From positions 105,896,001 through 105,960,000 of the forward strand of contig NC_043004.1 of the NCBI RefSeq assembly GCF_006345805.1: a DNA stretch of 64,000 nt. Reading direction: 5' to 3'. This stretch comes from Octopus sinensis (taxonomy: Eukaryota). Shown here piece by piece: positions 61,470-64,000 of the stretch. The notes beneath the pieces were generated by a model. It worked only from the letters and a program-made list of their open reading frames with translations. It was not told where the DNA came from and made no database searches. Made by a program: the position numbers and the translations under genes. Numbering within the stretch: the stretch's first letter is position 1; the number at the start of each line of letters is the position of its first letter.

Positions 61470-61517
<48 letters not shown>

Positions 61518-61553
61518 TATAATATATATATAATATATATATATATATAATAA

Positions 61554-61586
<33 letters not shown>

Positions 61587-61706
61587 TACACACACATGCA
61601 CACATTTATACATATACATACATGTATGTATAAAGGTATAGGTTTGTATATAGATGCATGTGTGTGTATATGTAAACGTGTACATGTGTATACATATGTA
61701 TGTGCT

Positions 61707-61750
<44 letters not shown>
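61395..61750. repeat. (TA)n followed by (CA)/(TG) tracts
   Basis: Direct reading. Confidence 0.98.
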
Positions 61751-61751
<1 letters not shown>

Positions 61752-62231
61752 CTGTTTGTCTGTCTGTCTGGCTGTGTACATGTGTGCAGGTGGAGTGGGT
61801 TTGGGGGTTAGCATATGTTTGGTCATATGTGTAACTAGCAATTTCAGAAACCTGTTTAACTCAACAGATATTAACAACACTGGATGCTTACTAAATGGAG
61901 CGAAACAATATAGAAATAATTTAATCATAATAAAATTACTGTATCAAAACATTCCGTAATTTCACAAACATCTGCTGTAATAAATTGCTAATATTGCAAT
62001 TTGTATATTCTTTTGTATTTGTTAATTTATTGATTCATTTATTTACTTTTATATTTTCCAATTAAAGCCATACAGGTAGAGGCAGTAGTTTTTTGTGAAT
62101 TTCTTTTATTTTTTGCCCGTTCCATTCATTTATTCATTTATTTATTTATTGAACCAGAAATAACTGGAATTTTTCAGGAGAGAAAAATCTGGCCAAAGCT
62201 GTGTATATGTGTGGGATGTATTTGTATGTAT

Positions 62232-62639
62232 ACTCTTTTACTCTTTTACTTGTTTCTGTCATCTGACTGCAGCCATGCTGGAGCACTGCCTTTAGTCGAG
62301 CAAATCGACCCCAGGACTTATTCTTTGTAAGCCTAGTACTTATTCTATCAGTCTCTTTTGCCGAACCGCTAAGTGACGTGGTCATGAACACACCACAATC
62401 GGGTGTCAAGTGATGTTAGGAGGACAAACGCAGACACACAAACATATACACACACATGCATATACATATACATATATACGACGGGCTTCTTTCAGTTTCC
62501 GTTTACCAAATCCACTCACAAGGCTTTGGTCGGCCCTAGACTATAGTAGAAGACACTTGCCCAAGGTGCCACACAGTGGGACTGAACCCAGAACCATGTG
62601 GTTGGTAAGCAAGCTACTTTCCACACAGCCACTCCTGCG
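62232..62639 (-). mobile_element. SINE family A, full length
   Basis: Reverse complement matches 57031-57444 along its length. Confidence 0.92.
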
Positions 62640-62720
62640 ACTATGAGCATATGTGTTTGTGTGCATTAGTGTCTATATGTGTAGGCATATATATATATAT
62701 ATATATATATTTATATGTTT

Positions 62721-63100
62721 AAACACAGACATGTCTGTGTGGTAAGAAGCTTGCTTCCCAACTGCACGGTTCCAGTTTCAGTTCCACCTTGAGTGTCTTC
62801 TATTGTAGCCTTGGGCCAACCAAAACCTCGTGAGTGAATTTGGTAGACAGAAACTAAAAGAAGTGTGTGTTTCTTTGTGTCTGCATTTGTCCCCCACCCT
62901 GTAACATCGCTTGACAACCAATGTTGGTGTGTTTACGTCCCTGTAACTTAGTGATCTGGCAAAAGTGACCGATAGAATAAATACTAGGCTTACAAAAAAT
63001 AAATCCTGGGGTTAGTTTCTTTGACTAAAAAGCCCTTTATAGCGGTGCTCCAGCTTGAGCACAGTGAAAAGCTTGAAACAAGTAAAAGAATAAAAAAAAG
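62721..63100 (+). mobile_element. SINE family A, full length, more diverged
   Basis: Head, core and tail collinear with 57031-57444. Confidence 0.88.
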
Positions 63101-63170
63101 AGTACATATGTTTCATCCAGTGTGGATAGGTTTAGTATTAAGAATGTAGATGTGTGTATGAACATGAGTA

Positions 63171-63217
<47 letters not shown>

Positions 63218-63444
63218 ACGTGCACGTGTGTGTGCCCGTCCATGTGTTGGTGCATGTATGAGTGTGGTTGTGTGTGTTTGAATGTCTTCCTGCCTAGGGA
63301 TAACTCACAAACTACTTAAACAATTATATAGACAGAGACAGGTGAAAAATTGATTTCAAATTTTGGCACAAGGCCAGCAATTTCAGAGGGAGTTGGTAAG
63401 TTAATTACATCAACTCCAGTGCCCAGCTGGTACTTCTTTTATTA

Positions 63445-64000
63445 ATAATAATAATAATAATGATGATGATGATAATGATTATGATGATGATGATGATGAT
63501 GACCTTATTGTGTATATGCTCAGGTGCACTACACTCATCAAAGGTGGATGTACAGTACACAGAAATATGTACAAAAGTCAGGAAAGTGAACAGTGTACGA
63601 GTCATGATATACATGTGTGCATGCGTATGGAGGTGGGGGTGGATATCAGGTGTAGTGTTGGCAAATTTCAGGAAGCATGGAAGTTTTAAAGGATGCAATG
63701 TCTGGGCAACTAACAACTGATGCAGGTAGAGTTTGTTCCATGCTTTCAGTAACTCTGAGTGTGAAAAAATGTTTCTGAAAGTCATGGGAGCTGTGCTGTT
63801 TTCTGACTTTGTGTGCATGCCCACATGTGTTAGATACATGGAGCTCAAAAGGGTGCTCAAGGTGGTTGTTTGCATGATGGTTAATAATTTTGTGGGTGTT
63901 TATCCAGTCAGTTGCCAGACATCAGAGCCTCAATGTAGCTATGCCAAGGAAACAAGGCATTCAGAGTATGGCAGATGCCTGATGGAGGGTATTCGCTTGG
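63445..64000 (-). mobile_element. CR1-like LINE 3' portion running off the window end
   Basis: Collinear with 12790-13150 and 42600-43010; 3' motif CTCAGGTGCACTACA and an (AAT)/(GAT) tail. Confidence 0.88.

Overview
AT-rich, microsatellite-saturated eukaryotic DNA. The SINE families and repeat landscape resemble an octopod cephalopod (Octopus-like); this is my inference, not a database result. Almost all ORFs in the supplied track are artefacts of simple repeats or SINEs. Read by hand, the window appears to be part of a large-intron gene on the + strand. Two exons absent from the ORF track (24667-24784, 118 nt; 32286-32323, 38 nt) splice in frame into an atypical C1 zinc-finger domain, most like the N-terminal C1 of tensins. 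There is also a candidate paralogous or relic 38-nt exon (34653-34690) and a candidate alternative first coding exon (40141-40206) in a repeat-poor island. The rest is intron-like: several tRNA-derived SINE families with shuffled modules, a (GAT)n-tailed SINE with repeat-spacer 5' arrays, CR1-like LINE fragments (mostly antisense to the gene), an internally deleted mariner, hAT-, piggyBac- and Tc1-like MITEs, and Penelope-like terminal-repeat fragments. One of these fragments is a ~140-bp palindrome with a minimal hammerhead ribozyme on each strand (7689-7829). No rRNA, true tRNA gene or CRISPR array is supported. Repeat boundaries were set by eye and are approximate to a few tens of bases. 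Family labels A, B, C, D, F, X and Y are my own.
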